The notes beneath the pieces were generated by a model. That model was not told the DNA's origin. It did not search any database and was given only the letters and a program-made list of their open reading frames with translations. From positions 19,860-83,859 of the IMG/VR virus record IMGVR_UViG_3300017761_003550: 64,000 nt of DNA; one strand, given 5' to 3'. Origin of the DNA: a virus (taxonomy: Duplodnaviria > Caudoviricetes). Numbering within the stretch: the stretch's first letter is position 1; every line of letters begins with the position of its first letter. The position numbers and the translations under genes were made by a program. This document shows positions 7,351 through 17,116 of this stretch, piece after piece.

Positions 7351-7578
7351 ATGAAGATGCTTAATTTGAGACAAAGTCCTGGTGTACATCATCGGAGTTT
7401 GATTTCAGAATTTCTTGTAGCAACACTAGATGGTACTGTTACCGTCAACAAGAAAATCTGTACCAGGTGTAAACGTCTTTTACCTATCACCGCTTTCTAT
7501 CGCGAGTCTAGGTCAAAAAGAAAACACACCAACTCAGTACGATCTTGTTGTGTTGAATGTTGGAATAAAGCATACTAA
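7351..7578 (+). CDS. Small zinc-finger protein
   Basis: KICTRCKRLLPITAFY...SCCVECWN (CxxC...CxxC); ATG 4 nt after the gp32 stop. Confidence 0.5.
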   Translation: MKMLNLRQSPGVHHRSLISEFLVATLDGTVTVNKKICTRCKRLLPITAFYRESRSKRKHTNSVRSCCVECWNKAY

Positions 7579-7582
7579 ATTG

Positions 7583-7613
7583 AAAAGGGGAGCTTCGCGG
7601 CTCCCCTTTTTTT
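7583..7613. terminator. Bidirectional intrinsic terminator
   Basis: AAAAGGGGAGC-TTCGCG-GCTCCCCTTTTTTT between convergent genes. Confidence 0.85.
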
Positions 7614-7614
7614 A

Positions 7615-9183
7615 TTAAAAAAATTGTGTCATTCCTCTTAACGATGATTCACCGTCAGGCGGCACAACCATCAGATATTCTGATTTTGGCATCTTTGCAC
7701 CAACACCACCCTGGACAATTGTTGTGTTATTTTGTACAACAGGAAGTTCCTTACTTCCACCACCTTTTTCTTCTTTTGCTATCCCAGAAATCATGTTTGC
7801 CTTTGTTTCTGTGCCAGCAGAAGGAATTTCTCTGTTCGTATTAGCTACCACATCTTTATTTTTCGCGCCCAGGGCGATCATGTTGGCTTTAGCTAGACCT
7901 AGAGCTGCGTATAGTTCTTGAGCACCAACTGACGCTCTATTGTTGGCAACATCATCATAATTACCACGACCCTTATCAGGGTTTACAACACCAGCCCAGA
8001 TCTCAGAAGTACCAACAGCGGCTTTTCTTTTATCTCCGGCTTCAGCACCAGCGAACAAATAATTTGCAAGATCAGGTTTTTTGGTGATGAGCCCTCGTAT
8101 CATTATTTCGTCTTGTAGATCATTAGTAAATTTCTCATTACCTCTTAATTTAAGTTTATCCTTCATTTCAGCCAATGTTACAGGCTCAATCTGATATTTT
8201 CCAGCAGCCAAAAATTCTTTATTTTTCTGTTTTTCTAAAATCTCGTCTATTGTCATTCCAGACAAATCCATTTGACCAGGTTTAAAAATTTGTTGAGTTT
8301 TGCCATCTTTATCTTTAAAGGTTTTTCCTGTATCAATGTTTATTGAGTCGTAACCAGTTTCAGTATTGCTCGATTCGGCTTTGTGTATTAAATCAATAAG
8401 CGGCATCAACGCTTCTTTAAGAGCAGGATCAAGATATGGTCTTCCATTATCATCTAGTAGAGCACCTGAATCTGACCATATTGGTGATTCACTATAAGTT
8501 GTTGGTGCATTAACTTTGTTAGCATCACTTAAAAAGGCTCCACCGTTGCCAAAGATACCCTTTAAAATGTCACCCTCAATATTTTCATACCAAGGTTTCT
8601 CACCCTTCTTTTTTTCTTCTTCTGAAAGATGCATGTAATCAACAACATCAGCACCAAATTTATCAATACCCTTTCCGATGTTCTCAATATCTTTACCAAG
8701 ATTAATTCCAAAATCATTTAATGCGTCAACCATGGATTTAATGTTTGACCCAAACAACATCCCTAGTGATGCTATAGCTACCTCAAGTAAATCTGAACCA
8801 GTGTCCTTTGCTTTCTCCATGAAACCACCAGTTCCTGGTGGTTTTTCTGTTTTCTCTGCATCTTCTTCGCGCATATCTTTTGATGCTTGAGTATAAAAAG
8901 CGTTCATATTCTTTAGAGATTTGTCAATTGATTTTAACAAAGTAGTTGACGATTCACAACACTCAGATTTTTCTTTAGCAGACGCGTCTTCTAATATAGG
9001 TTTTTTAGATGGATTGATTATAGTTGCTGCACTTTTTTGCGTAGCATCTTTTCCTCTGTTAATTTTTATTGGTGAAAATAGTGTTCCACTTGGTGCCGTA
9101 GTTGCACCAGCTACTCTCGACACCATCGGTGAAGGTGGATTATCCTCACGAAGAAATTCTAATGGTGTTCTACTGTTATTCAT
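7615..9183 (-). CDS. Tape-measure/baseplate-hub-like protein (gp29 position) with a lysozyme-like muramidase domain
   Basis: LIHKAES...GYDSIN...AAGKYQIEPVTL...F...QD lysozyme-fold motifs; sits downstream of 26/51. Confidence 0.6.
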   Translation of the reverse strand: MNNSRTPLEFLREDNPPSPMVSRVAGATTAPSGTLFSPIKINRGKDATQKSAATIINPSKKPILEDASAKEKSECCESSTTLLKSIDKSLKNMNAFYTQASKDMREEDAEKTEKPPGTGGFMEKAKDTGSDLLEVAIASLGMLFGSNIKSMVDALNDFGINLGKDIENIGKGIDKFGADVVDYMHLSEEEKKKGEKPWYENIEGDILKGIFGNGGAFLSDANKVNAPTTYSESPIWSDSGALLDDNGRPYLDPALKEALMPLIDLIHKAESSNTETGYDSINIDTGKTFKDKDGKTQQIFKPGQMDLSGMTIDEILEKQKNKEFLAAGKYQIEPVTLAEMKDKLKLRGNEKFTNDLQDEIMIRGLITKKPDLANYLFAGAEAGDKRKAAVGTSEIWAGVVNPDKGRGNYDDVANNRASVGAQELYAALGLAKANMIALGAKNKDVVANTNREIPSAGTETKANMISGIAKEEKGGGSKELPVVQNNTTIVQGGVGAKMPKSEYLMVVPPDGESSLRGMTQFF

Positions 9184-9359
9184 TTATTTTCTAAAGCCTT
9201 TTTTTTGTCTTCTAAGAATTCTAGTAGCATATCCACATATAAATCGCGTTCGAACGGATACATGTTTTCAAGATCAATAACCGAATATTTGTGGTGGGTT
9301 ACTAATCCGAATATCAGTTTGTAGTAATTCACTAAACTCGTATGACTTAGACCAGCGTA
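9180..9359 (-). CDS. gp51: gp51-like baseplate hub assembly protein (no ATG; GTG at 9332 or reached by -1 frameshift from gp26)
   Basis: Frame reads YAGLSHTSLVNYYKLIFGLVTHHKYSVIDLENMYPFERDLYVDMLLEFLEDKKKALENK*; TGA overlaps the ATG of the next gene. Confidence 0.8.
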   Translation of the reverse strand, partial: YAGLSHTSLVNYYKLIFGLVTHHKYSVIDLENMYPFERDLYVDMLLEFLEDKKKALENK

Positions 9360-10057
9360 AAAAAATCTTCTAACGTATCGAGAACGATGCGTCGCTCACT
9401 TCCTTTTGAGTTTGTATATTCAATGACATGCTCAAGTTTAGGCGTATTCGCAAAGAAATCCTTAATCTTTTCCAGCGTTTTGGATGACATACTATCAATG
9501 AACTCATCAAGACTTGCTTCTTCAATTTCAGCAGCAGGATAAACTGTCTCTTCTATAACAACCTCAGTTAGACAGTTTTTGATGTAGAACATCAGCATAT
9601 CTGACTCGTTCTTAAACTCTCCAATCTTATCAATCGTATCACCATCACAGTGTCTCATAACCATAGTGGTTTTGTCGTTTATTTTAATTTTGTTGCTAAC
9701 TTTCTTTTTTGGTTTAACGATTTTGATGTCTTCAATGTTTACACTGAACTTGTACTCTTTACCATCCTCATTATCTCTGTATGCCAATTCAATAATATTG
9801 TTTACAGAGATGGCGCGCAGCTGAAGAAAGATATACTCGATGTCAACGATCTGTAAACTATCGACATCGATCACATCTATAGCGCAGTTGTTCACAACCT
9901 GTTTGATAGATTTTAGAGCTTCTTTTTTACTCTTAGTTTCTCTAGCCATTAGAAGAATCTTTTCTTCTTTAACCAGAAACGGCCTGAAGTTGATAATTTT
10001 TCCTGTCGTCGGAACAGCTATCTCGCTGGTTGGGTGTTCAATTTTAGGAAGTTTCAT
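9347..10057 (-). CDS. gp26: Baseplate hub assembly protein gp26
   Basis: LPKIEHPT...P..GK.INFRPFLVKEEKILLMA...DIEYIFLQLRAISV...FFANTPKL...LDTLEDFF. Confidence 0.9.
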   Translation of the reverse strand: MKLPKIEHPTSEIAVPTTGKIINFRPFLVKEEKILLMARETKSKKEALKSIKQVVNNCAIDVIDVDSLQIVDIEYIFLQLRAISVNNIIELAYRDNEDGKEYKFSVNIEDIKIVKPKKKVSNKIKINDKTTMVMRHCDGDTIDKIGEFKNESDMLMFYIKNCLTEVVIEETVYPAAEIEEASLDEFIDSMSSKTLEKIKDFFANTPKLEHVIEYTNSKGSERRIVLDTLEDFFTLV

Positions 10058-10066
10058 ATTGTGTCC

Positions 10067-10975
10067 TTACTTGAATATCTTGTCAAATGTCTTGTTGATG
10101 TAACGCTCAGCGCCGCTGTATATTTCGCCTTGTACCAGTTTTCCTGTTTGATCCAGAATACTGTTTATTAAACTTGGTCTTTTGTTTTGGTTTATCGAAT
10201 CATCATATACTTCTGACGAACCTTTTGGTGAAGAAGGATCACCTTCAGCATGATTGACAAATTGCATTGACATGTGAGAAAATTGCATTACCACTTTCAT
10301 ATTGATAATTTGATTTTGTGATCCCCAATCAAGATCAATATCAGATGTTGTTAATGGGAAACAGTCATACAGTTTTATTCCGAATGACATGGCGTTAGAA
10401 TGATCATAAACCCAAACTCTAATTATCTTTGACATAAAATCATCGCTGTATCTCAACAGGTATGGTTTAGTAGAGTAGTCTAGCGAAGGACTTGACACGC
10501 CAAAATCTGTGTCGTGATATACAATGCTGTTTGCCCAATCATTAAAAAAATTGAGAACTCTGGCGTTTTTATCAACAATAAAACTCAATGTGATTGGGTT
10601 GAATGTTGGAAGATATGGTCGTTTCTCGATTTGACCGAATCCGTAACGTCTAATGTTATCGTTTGTGAAGAAATTGACACCTGGTATTGTGACAGCATCG
10701 CATCTAAGTGTAATGAAGTTGTCGTTATCAACAGTATTTCTTCTAGTATTTTCTATATACGGGTCAAGCTTTTTCACGTTCTTCGGCATCGACATTATCA
10801 TGACAAATCTGTTGTTTTGGAGCACACCGTTTAGTTTAATCTCTGATCTAAATTCAGAAATATCAAATCTACCTTTTGGCTTACTGGGCGCTGTCACAAT
10901 GACTTCGCTCTCTTCGGCTGCTTGCAAGGCAATCTTGCCAATATCAGCGTTGATGATACTTGGAGTATAAGCCAT
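10067..10975 (-). CDS. gp54: Baseplate/tail-tube initiator, gp54-like
   Basis: LRCDAVTIPG...YGFGQIEKRPY...F.PITLSFIVD tube-fold motifs; synteny. Confidence 0.65.
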   Translation of the reverse strand: MAYTPSIINADIGKIALQAAEESEVIVTAPSKPKGRFDISEFRSEIKLNGVLQNNRFVMIMSMPKNVKKLDPYIENTRRNTVDNDNFITLRCDAVTIPGVNFFTNDNIRRYGFGQIEKRPYLPTFNPITLSFIVDKNARVLNFFNDWANSIVYHDTDFGVSSPSLDYSTKPYLLRYSDDFMSKIIRVWVYDHSNAMSFGIKLYDCFPLTTSDIDLDWGSQNQIINMKVVMQFSHMSMQFVNHAEGDPSSPKGSSEVYDDSINQNKRPSLINSILDQTGKLVQGEIYSGAERYINKTFDKIFK

Positions 10976-10976
10976 C

Positions 10977-11573
10977 TTATTTTCTTACTTTCTTTTTGCT
11001 GTCGAACCAAACAACCTGTTTTGATTCCTTTTTGAAGCGTTCAGTTGGAAGAAACAGAGCGATATCCCATTCTTTTGGTGCTATGTACATAAATTTTGAA
11101 CGTACGTGACTTGATAGATATCTTTTAACACAAGGACTAAAGAATTTCAGTTTCGCAGCCGTTTTTAGCAATTGGTAGTTCATGGCAAGTTGAGTTGTTT
11201 CGTTGTATTTCTCGTTGTTGGCATATTCATATAATCCATCCATCAGTTTAGCTCTAAGCTGTGGTGGAAGATAATGCATATTCAATCCAAGAAACCCACC
11301 TTCAGCTTTTTCAAAAGGAAACACCAACGGGAACGTATCATAGTACGGGAGATCCTCAGCAGTTTTCGGATCATAAAAAAACATATACATACTACCCAGA
11401 ATCGGCTGTGTCGTCAAACGTGTTTTGTCGCCTTCTAGAAAACTACGTTCGTTTAGATTGCTTATCTTTTTTGCGGTGTTTCTATACCACTCACGAGCAG
11501 ATTGTGTCTTGGCAGGAGCTTGTCCAGCTCTCATACCCTTTTTAATAATGCTATCAAAAAGTGTTGCGACCAT
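10977..11573 (-). CDS. gp2: DNA end protector gp2
   Basis: GSMYMFFYDPK...LPYYDTFPLVFP...GFLGLNMHYLPP..RAKL; TATAAATA on the minus strand at 11595-11602. Confidence 0.92.
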   Translation of the reverse strand: MVATLFDSIIKKGMRAGQAPAKTQSAREWYRNTAKKISNLNERSFLEGDKTRLTTQPILGSMYMFFYDPKTAEDLPYYDTFPLVFPFEKAEGGFLGLNMHYLPPQLRAKLMDGLYEYANNEKYNETTQLAMNYQLLKTAAKLKFFSPCVKRYLSSHVRSKFMYIAPKEWDIALFLPTERFKKESKQVVWFDSKKKVRK

Positions 11574-11608
11574 GTTTGTTCCTCATTTACTCTTTATTTA
11601 TATGAGAA

Positions 11609-12061
11609 TTAGAACTTGATGCCTAGGTCTTTGGCGCCCATCTTTACAAACATCCATCCCCTTTCGGCACAATATCGTTCAGCTGCAGCCCATTTGGCGC
11701 TGTTGATGCCCCATGTATATACTTCTTTGATGTATTGTTTAGAAGGCCGACCACCCTTAGTGGTACGTGGTTTAGGCTCAACCATCTGAGCTTCTGGTTT
11801 CACCTCAATAAGCACCTCTTCAATAGCACCACCTGGGGTGCGTTTCATAACATAAAAATCAGGAAAATATCGATGTTTGCGATTGTCTATTGGTGATATG
11901 TATGGAATGATTATTTCTTCAGAACTCCATTTTATGATGTTTGGTTGTGTGTCTAGATACATCATAAGTTTAAGTTCCCAACCACTGCGATAAATTATGT
12001 TAGTTGGATCACCTTTGTATTTGGATGGATTTTTGGGTTGGAATTTACCTTTGTACGCCAC
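11609..12061 (-). CDS. gp4: Head completion nuclease gp4
   Basis: AYKGKFQPKNPSKYKGDPTNIIYRSGWE...WSSEE..IPY.SP.D...HRYFPDF. Confidence 0.93.
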   Translation of the reverse strand: MAYKGKFQPKNPSKYKGDPTNIIYRSGWELKLMMYLDTQPNIIKWSSEEIIIPYISPIDNRKHRYFPDFYVMKRTPGGAIEEVLIEVKPEAQMVEPKPRTTKGGRPSKQYIKEVYTWGINSAKWAAAERYCAERGWMFVKMGAKDLGIKF

Positions 12062-12110
12062 TGTCGGTATACCTTTCACGATTCAATAGTGTATTTATCA
12101 TTTTTATGCG

Positions 12111-12118
12111 TATAAATA
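12111..12118 (+). promoter_or_regulatory. T4-type late promoter TATAAATA (representative copy)
   Basis: Exact or near copies precede late genes: 12111, 24229, 25631, 27596, 35388, 44634, 53867, 54905, 59321, 61936; minus strand 11595, 12092, 44655. Confidence 0.85.
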
Positions 12119-12147
12119 GTCCGTTGTTTCTAACATAGAGATGTTCG

Positions 12148-13728
12148 ATGTCCGTAAACGAAAACCTATTCAAAAACATTACAAACCCAATCGAGAAGCT
12201 TGTTAAAGAAAGCGGAAGTAGATTGGTTGATAGTGTTGAAAATTCTGTTGTTGGTAGTTTATCAGCAGCACTACAACGTGTTGGGCTTGGTGATGGTTCT
12301 AATAAAAACGTCCTAGGTAATTTAGGCGAGCAAGTATTAGCTGGGATCGCTGGTGAGATTTTCGGTGCCATTGGTCGAGAGATTAACTTATCAAGCAAAT
12401 CAGACATTGAGAATTTGCGTGGTGTTATTGCGGACACTAGCGAAAATTTGGCATCTATGGATTCCAGTTTTCAACAAAGTGATGATATACTGTTTTTCCC
12501 AACGGACCTAAACGAATTTTATGTACAGTTCGATTTTAAAAAATACAAACGACCCGCCCCAAATGTCCCAGCGACTGCTCTTACTGAGTGGCAGTTGGCT
12601 CTTCCTCTACCAAGGGAGTTGGTTGATAGACACAATGTGCAATACAACGATAAAGCCGAATTAGGTTTTTTTGGAGTTGTTGCTAATGGTGGGCAGAATC
12701 CAGCTGATAACACGTTTGATACTGCAACAGCAGCAGCATATGGTGGGCGACTTTTAATTAAAAGACTGACTGAACACAGCGGTAATGTCATGGGATTACT
12801 TTCACAAAGCTTTGGTGCTTCTTTAAACCCACACCTTTCCGTTATGTTTGAGGCTCCTACATTACGCACACATAGAATGCAGTGGTTGTTTGCTCCAAAC
12901 AACGAGGAAGAAAGCGAAAAAATTAGACAAATCGCTAAAAGGCTGCGTGGTGCTGCATTGCCATCATTTATTAGAGATTCGGCTGGCAATGCGAATTTCA
13001 ACATCTTGGATTATCCTATGATGTGCGCCATTACACTTTATCCTTGGGGCGATGATTCTAAATTCAGTGGAGCAGCTGGCGCTAATGATAAACATTACGA
13101 TGGGAGTATGTTTACATACAAACATTGTGTTATCAATCAAGTGGCATTGAATTATGCACCCGATGCTATTGCATTTTTTAGTGATGATAAGAGAAGCCCC
13201 GCATTTGTTTCTCTTGAGATTTCCTTTCTCGAAATTGAATACTACACAGGAGATAATTTCGGAAGAAAGGGTGGTGAGAAAAAAGCAGAAGATTTAGCAA
13301 GAGAATTATCAGTAAGCGTGGGCGTTGCCACAGGAATAGACGGCAACGATTTAAAAGCAGATGAACAGGTTAAAGTTCTTGGTGAAAATTTAAAATCTTA
13401 CATCGACGATGGCGGCACAATTGGCAACACATCAGCCCAAAACGAAAACATTGATAACAGCAGTCTAACTGATGTTCCCGTAACAACTAGAATCAACAAT
13501 CCCAACAATCCTCAACAAATTTTGGTTAAGAGCACCCAAGGTGGTTGGTATGAAATAACGATGGGAGACAGTGGTAATACAGTTAGAATTGTTGAAAAGC
13601 TTAACGATCAAGTGTTTACTACTTACTCAGTTGATGGTGCAACCACAACAATGGGTACAGCAATGACAGATGAAACGTTCGTATTAAATACTGGGGCCGA
13701 TGGTCTCATAACCTGGGATAAACCGTAA
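12148..13728 (+). CDS. gp48: Baseplate tail-tube cap gp48-like with extensions
   Basis: LALPLP..L.D...VQY, LNPHLSVMFEAPTLRTHRMQWLFAP.NEEES..I..I, CVINQVALNYAPD. Confidence 0.8.
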   Translation: MSVNENLFKNITNPIEKLVKESGSRLVDSVENSVVGSLSAALQRVGLGDGSNKNVLGNLGEQVLAGIAGEIFGAIGREINLSSKSDIENLRGVIADTSENLASMDSSFQQSDDILFFPTDLNEFYVQFDFKKYKRPAPNVPATALTEWQLALPLPRELVDRHNVQYNDKAELGFFGVVANGGQNPADNTFDTATAAAYGGRLLIKRLTEHSGNVMGLLSQSFGASLNPHLSVMFEAPTLRTHRMQWLFAPNNEEESEKIRQIAKRLRGAALPSFIRDSAGNANFNILDYPMMCAITLYPWGDDSKFSGAAGANDKHYDGSMFTYKHCVINQVALNYAPDAIAFFSDDKRSPAFVSLEISFLEIEYYTGDNFGRKGGEKKAEDLARELSVSVGVATGIDGNDLKADEQVKVLGENLKSYIDDGGTIGNTSAQNENIDNSSLTDVPVTTRINNPNNPQQILVKSTQGGWYEITMGDSGNTVRIVEKLNDQVFTTYSVDGATTTMGTAMTDETFVLNTGADGLITWDKP

Positions 13729-14600
13729 TGTTATTTTCACGTTTTCCAGTTGTAAATTACAACGGCACTCCGGTACGCAACATTATGGCTAGGTTCGCGT
13801 TTGATGAAAACACAAAAAACAACCCATCAAATTTTATGCAATTAAAAATTTCAGATGATGGTTCTCCGAGAACAGATGTCATCTCTGATAGATACTATGG
13901 TAATCCTAATAACGATTGGTTGGTGCATCTAAGCAACGGTGTCGTAGACCCATATAATGACGTTTTAAAATCTGAAGAAAATTTTAGAAAACACATCACA
14001 AAAAAATATGGATCTATCCAGTTTGCTCGCGAGAAAATCCTGTTCTACATAAACAACTGGGCGAATAACACAGAAGAAGAGATTACTGTTACTCAGTACG
14101 CAAATGCATCACAAGTTGTTAAGAAATTTTACACCGCTAGAACAAACGTGCACAACCAAGTGGTTTCATACAGAAGACACCAACAAGATTGGATAAAATC
14201 CACCAATAAATTGCGTATATTGACGCTTGATTCAGTCAGATATCTTTTTGTTGGTTCTGTTATTGTTCAGTATGTCTCTGGAGAAATTGTTGCTAAAGGT
14301 GAGATTGTTGATGTAAATGGGGATGATAACAAAATCACCGTACAACACATAACAGGCACCTTTGTCTCAACAACAAACACTGTAAAAAGATACAACACAT
14401 CATCTACCTATGTAGTATCAGCTGTTAATAATCCATTCGTCGTCGATAACATTACCGATGAAGAGGCTAGTTACTGGACAAGCATGACAGCATATGATTT
14501 TGAGGAAGAATTAAACGAATCTAGACGTAATATACTGTTATTACGATCTTCACTTCGAAGTGTCGCGGAGGATCAGATAACGAATCTGATGAGAGGATAA
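13728..14600 (+). CDS. gp53: Baseplate wedge gp53
   Basis: LFSRFPVVNY...RTDVISDRYYG.P..DWLVHLSN.VVDPY. Confidence 0.85.
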   Translation: MLFSRFPVVNYNGTPVRNIMARFAFDENTKNNPSNFMQLKISDDGSPRTDVISDRYYGNPNNDWLVHLSNGVVDPYNDVLKSEENFRKHITKKYGSIQFAREKILFYINNWANNTEEEITVTQYANASQVVKKFYTARTNVHNQVVSYRRHQQDWIKSTNKLRILTLDSVRYLFVGSVIVQYVSGEIVAKGEIVDVNGDDNKITVQHITGTFVSTTNTVKRYNTSSTYVVSAVNNPFVVDNITDEEASYWTSMTAYDFEEELNESRRNILLLRSSLRSVAEDQITNLMRG

Positions 14601-15829
14601 TGGATTCAGGTGAGATTGGTATAAGAAAATTCGAACTTGAACATTTTGGTGATAAAACAGATCTCACACCGTTTGTTGTTGAGATGCACATTTTTGAATC
14701 AATATACGATCCGTATATTCAAGCGACTATGTCTATCATTGACGGTGCTGGATTAATTGACCGTATTAGTTGGGCTGGGTCTACAGTAACAATAACATAC
14801 ACATCAAACGAGAATGTTGAGCCAACTACTATGGTCTTCATCGTGGATGGAGCAGCTGGTGCTACACCAAGTATGGGTGATAAAAATCAAACATATCTTG
14901 TTCGTCTTTATAGCCAGGAAATACCGCGTGGTCTCGCTATTACTACTGGTGAGATCTTTAATAAGATGGCTCCTGAAAAGATGATCCAGCAAATTTTAAC
15001 AGACAAAATCAAAACAAAGAAACCGTTCGCATCAGATAAGACTGGTTCTCTTGATACAATCAATTGCGCCAACCTTAGACCGTTTCAGGCTATTGATAAG
15101 ATTAAACGACGTGCTGTTTCAAGAAACAAAATATCATCATCATTTTTATTCTTTGAGAACAAGCATGGCTATAATTTCAAATCACTAGAGATGCTACTTT
15201 CTGATGCTAGAAAAAATCCTCAAGTGAAAGATGGAGATCGCAATTTCTATCTCGATTCAATTCAACACATAAATGTTGAGAACTCTTCTTGGCGCCAAAT
15301 CTTAAGTTTCGAACGCACCAAATCACAGGGATTAATGGAAACTATTGGTCAAGGTGGTGTGTCTGGTAAAATATATGCGTATGATGTTGGAACAGGAAAA
15401 CATTATGAGTTCAAATATGAAGACAACAAAAACAGTTCCGAGTTTGACATCAACCCAGAATCAATAACATACAAGCGTGTTACTATAGACGATATTATGA
15501 AGAAGGGTGACGATCCAGCCAATATGATAGTCGCACCAATCACAAGTACAGATGATCTTGAAAGAATAAGAAAAGAAATTTATGTGCGGGCTTTTATGTC
15601 TAAGATGGCCGCTAACATAGTGAGAATGCAGATTCATGGAGATTCTAGATTAACTGTTGGTACTCCTGTTACGCTGAATCTTCCTATTATTGATGGAACA
15701 ACAACAAAAAAGACAAACAAAATTGGTGGTGGTATCTATCTCATATCAAAGTTGAGACATATGATAACACCATCCAACCAATCATACGAACAGTCTTGTG
15801 AACTGATTAGAACAGGGATGCTTGAGTAA
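14600..15829 (+). CDS. Probable baseplate hub protein (gp27-like position)
   Basis: HIFESIYDPYIQATMSIID, FLFFENKHGYNFKSLE, GDSRLTVG...G.YLISKLRH; lies between gp53 and gp5. Confidence 0.65.
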   Translation: MDSGEIGIRKFELEHFGDKTDLTPFVVEMHIFESIYDPYIQATMSIIDGAGLIDRISWAGSTVTITYTSNENVEPTTMVFIVDGAAGATPSMGDKNQTYLVRLYSQEIPRGLAITTGEIFNKMAPEKMIQQILTDKIKTKKPFASDKTGSLDTINCANLRPFQAIDKIKRRAVSRNKISSSFLFFENKHGYNFKSLEMLLSDARKNPQVKDGDRNFYLDSIQHINVENSSWRQILSFERTKSQGLMETIGQGGVSGKIYAYDVGTGKHYEFKYEDNKNSSEFDINPESITYKRVTIDDIMKKGDDPANMIVAPITSTDDLERIRKEIYVRAFMSKMAANIVRMQIHGDSRLTVGTPVTLNLPIIDGTTTKKTNKIGGGIYLISKLRHMITPSNQSYEQSCELIRTGMLE

Positions 15830-16692
15830 TGATCATTGATCGGTTTGTTGGTTTTATTGCTAATGTCGTTGACATTAAAGGCGATGGTGTAAATTATGGC
15901 AAAGTAAAAATTCGTATTTTGGGAGACCAAGGAGAAAACGTTATTGCTGATTCAGAACTGTTGTGGGCACTAATCATGATGCCAACTACATCAGCAGCTG
16001 AAATGGGTATCGGAACAACACCAAACTGGCTGGTAGTTGGTTCTACTGTAGTTGGTTATTTCCTGGATGGTAAGTATCGCAACATTCCAATGATTGTTGG
16101 AACTCTTAATCAAAATAAAGAAAATGGTCACAGCATCACCAAACTGGCTAGTGGTGATGCTATACCACGTAATTACAATGATTTTGAGAAAGAACTTGGT
16201 GTTGAAGGTGCTCGCAGACCAAACTACAACGATAACAAAATCATTACAACAGCAGCTAAAGAAACACCAGAAACAATCAATCATATCATTGAGCTTGATG
16301 ATACACAGCAAGCCGAAAGAATTCTTGTTAAACATAAAAATGGATCTTATGTAGAGTTTCTTCCTAATGGCACAGTTATGGTGAAAGGAGCAGAGGCATT
16401 TGCCGCTGTTTCTAATCAAGTTAAGCTCCGTGCTATTATTGGTATGCTTCTGAAATCGGATGCTGATGCTGACATCACAGCTGATAAAAACATCACCATT
16501 ACCGCAGAAGAAAACATCACCATTAAAGGAAAAACTATTACACTTGAAGCAGACACTATAAATATGTCTGGTAACACTGTATTTAATGGCGATGTGAGCA
16601 TAGTTGGTAATGCGGTATCAATTACCTCTTCAACAGTAAAGGTGGTTGGAGCTATGACACTTAATGGTCGCCCAGTAGCAACAGTAGGATAA
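15829..16692 (+). CDS. gp5: Baseplate hub/spike gp5 (OB fold plus short beta-helix, no lysozyme domain)
   Basis: GKVKIRILG...LLWALIMMPTTSA...G.TP..L..GS.V.G.FLDG...P.I.GT; ELDDT...ERI...HKNGSY.E. Confidence 0.85.
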   Translation: MIIDRFVGFIANVVDIKGDGVNYGKVKIRILGDQGENVIADSELLWALIMMPTTSAAEMGIGTTPNWLVVGSTVVGYFLDGKYRNIPMIVGTLNQNKENGHSITKLASGDAIPRNYNDFEKELGVEGARRPNYNDNKIITTAAKETPETINHIIELDDTQQAERILVKHKNGSYVEFLPNGTVMVKGAEAFAAVSNQVKLRAIIGMLLKSDADADITADKNITITAEENITIKGKTITLEADTINMSGNTVFNGDVSIVGNAVSITSSTVKVVGAMTLNGRPVATVG

Positions 16693-16693
16693 C

Positions 16694-17116
16694 ATGGTAT
16701 CTAGAGCAGATCGCAGAGCATCACCACCAACTCGTGATGCTGTATACTCAGATTTTCTTACAAATTTTAATGCGCATCCTAATACAGGTGATGTCATCCG
16801 GCGTGTTGATTCAGAGTCAGTCAAACGTGCATTACGTAATCTATTATTCACGAACAAAGGCGAGCGCTTTTTTCAACCGGATTTTGGATCAGATATCAAG
16901 AAATATCTGTTTGAACCAGTGTCTGAAATGACGCAACGTAATCTTAGAACAGCCATTAAAGAAGCAGTTGAACACTTTGAGAAGAGGGCTATTCTTGAAG
17001 ATGTTGTTGTCAAGTTGAACAATGATGAAGAATCTTACACAATTGATCTTTATTTTAGAATAATAAATAATCCTGAGACCCAGTCTCTTAATGTCAAGTT
17101 GGATAGAATACGATAA
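16694..17116 (+). CDS. gp25: Baseplate wedge gp25
   Basis: YSDF...F..HP.TGDV...SVKRALRNLLFTNKGERFFQPDFGS....LFEP. Confidence 0.93.
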   Translation: MVSRADRRASPPTRDAVYSDFLTNFNAHPNTGDVIRRVDSESVKRALRNLLFTNKGERFFQPDFGSDIKKYLFEPVSEMTQRNLRTAIKEAVEHFEKRAILEDVVVKLNNDEESYTIDLYFRIINNPETQSLNVKLDRIR

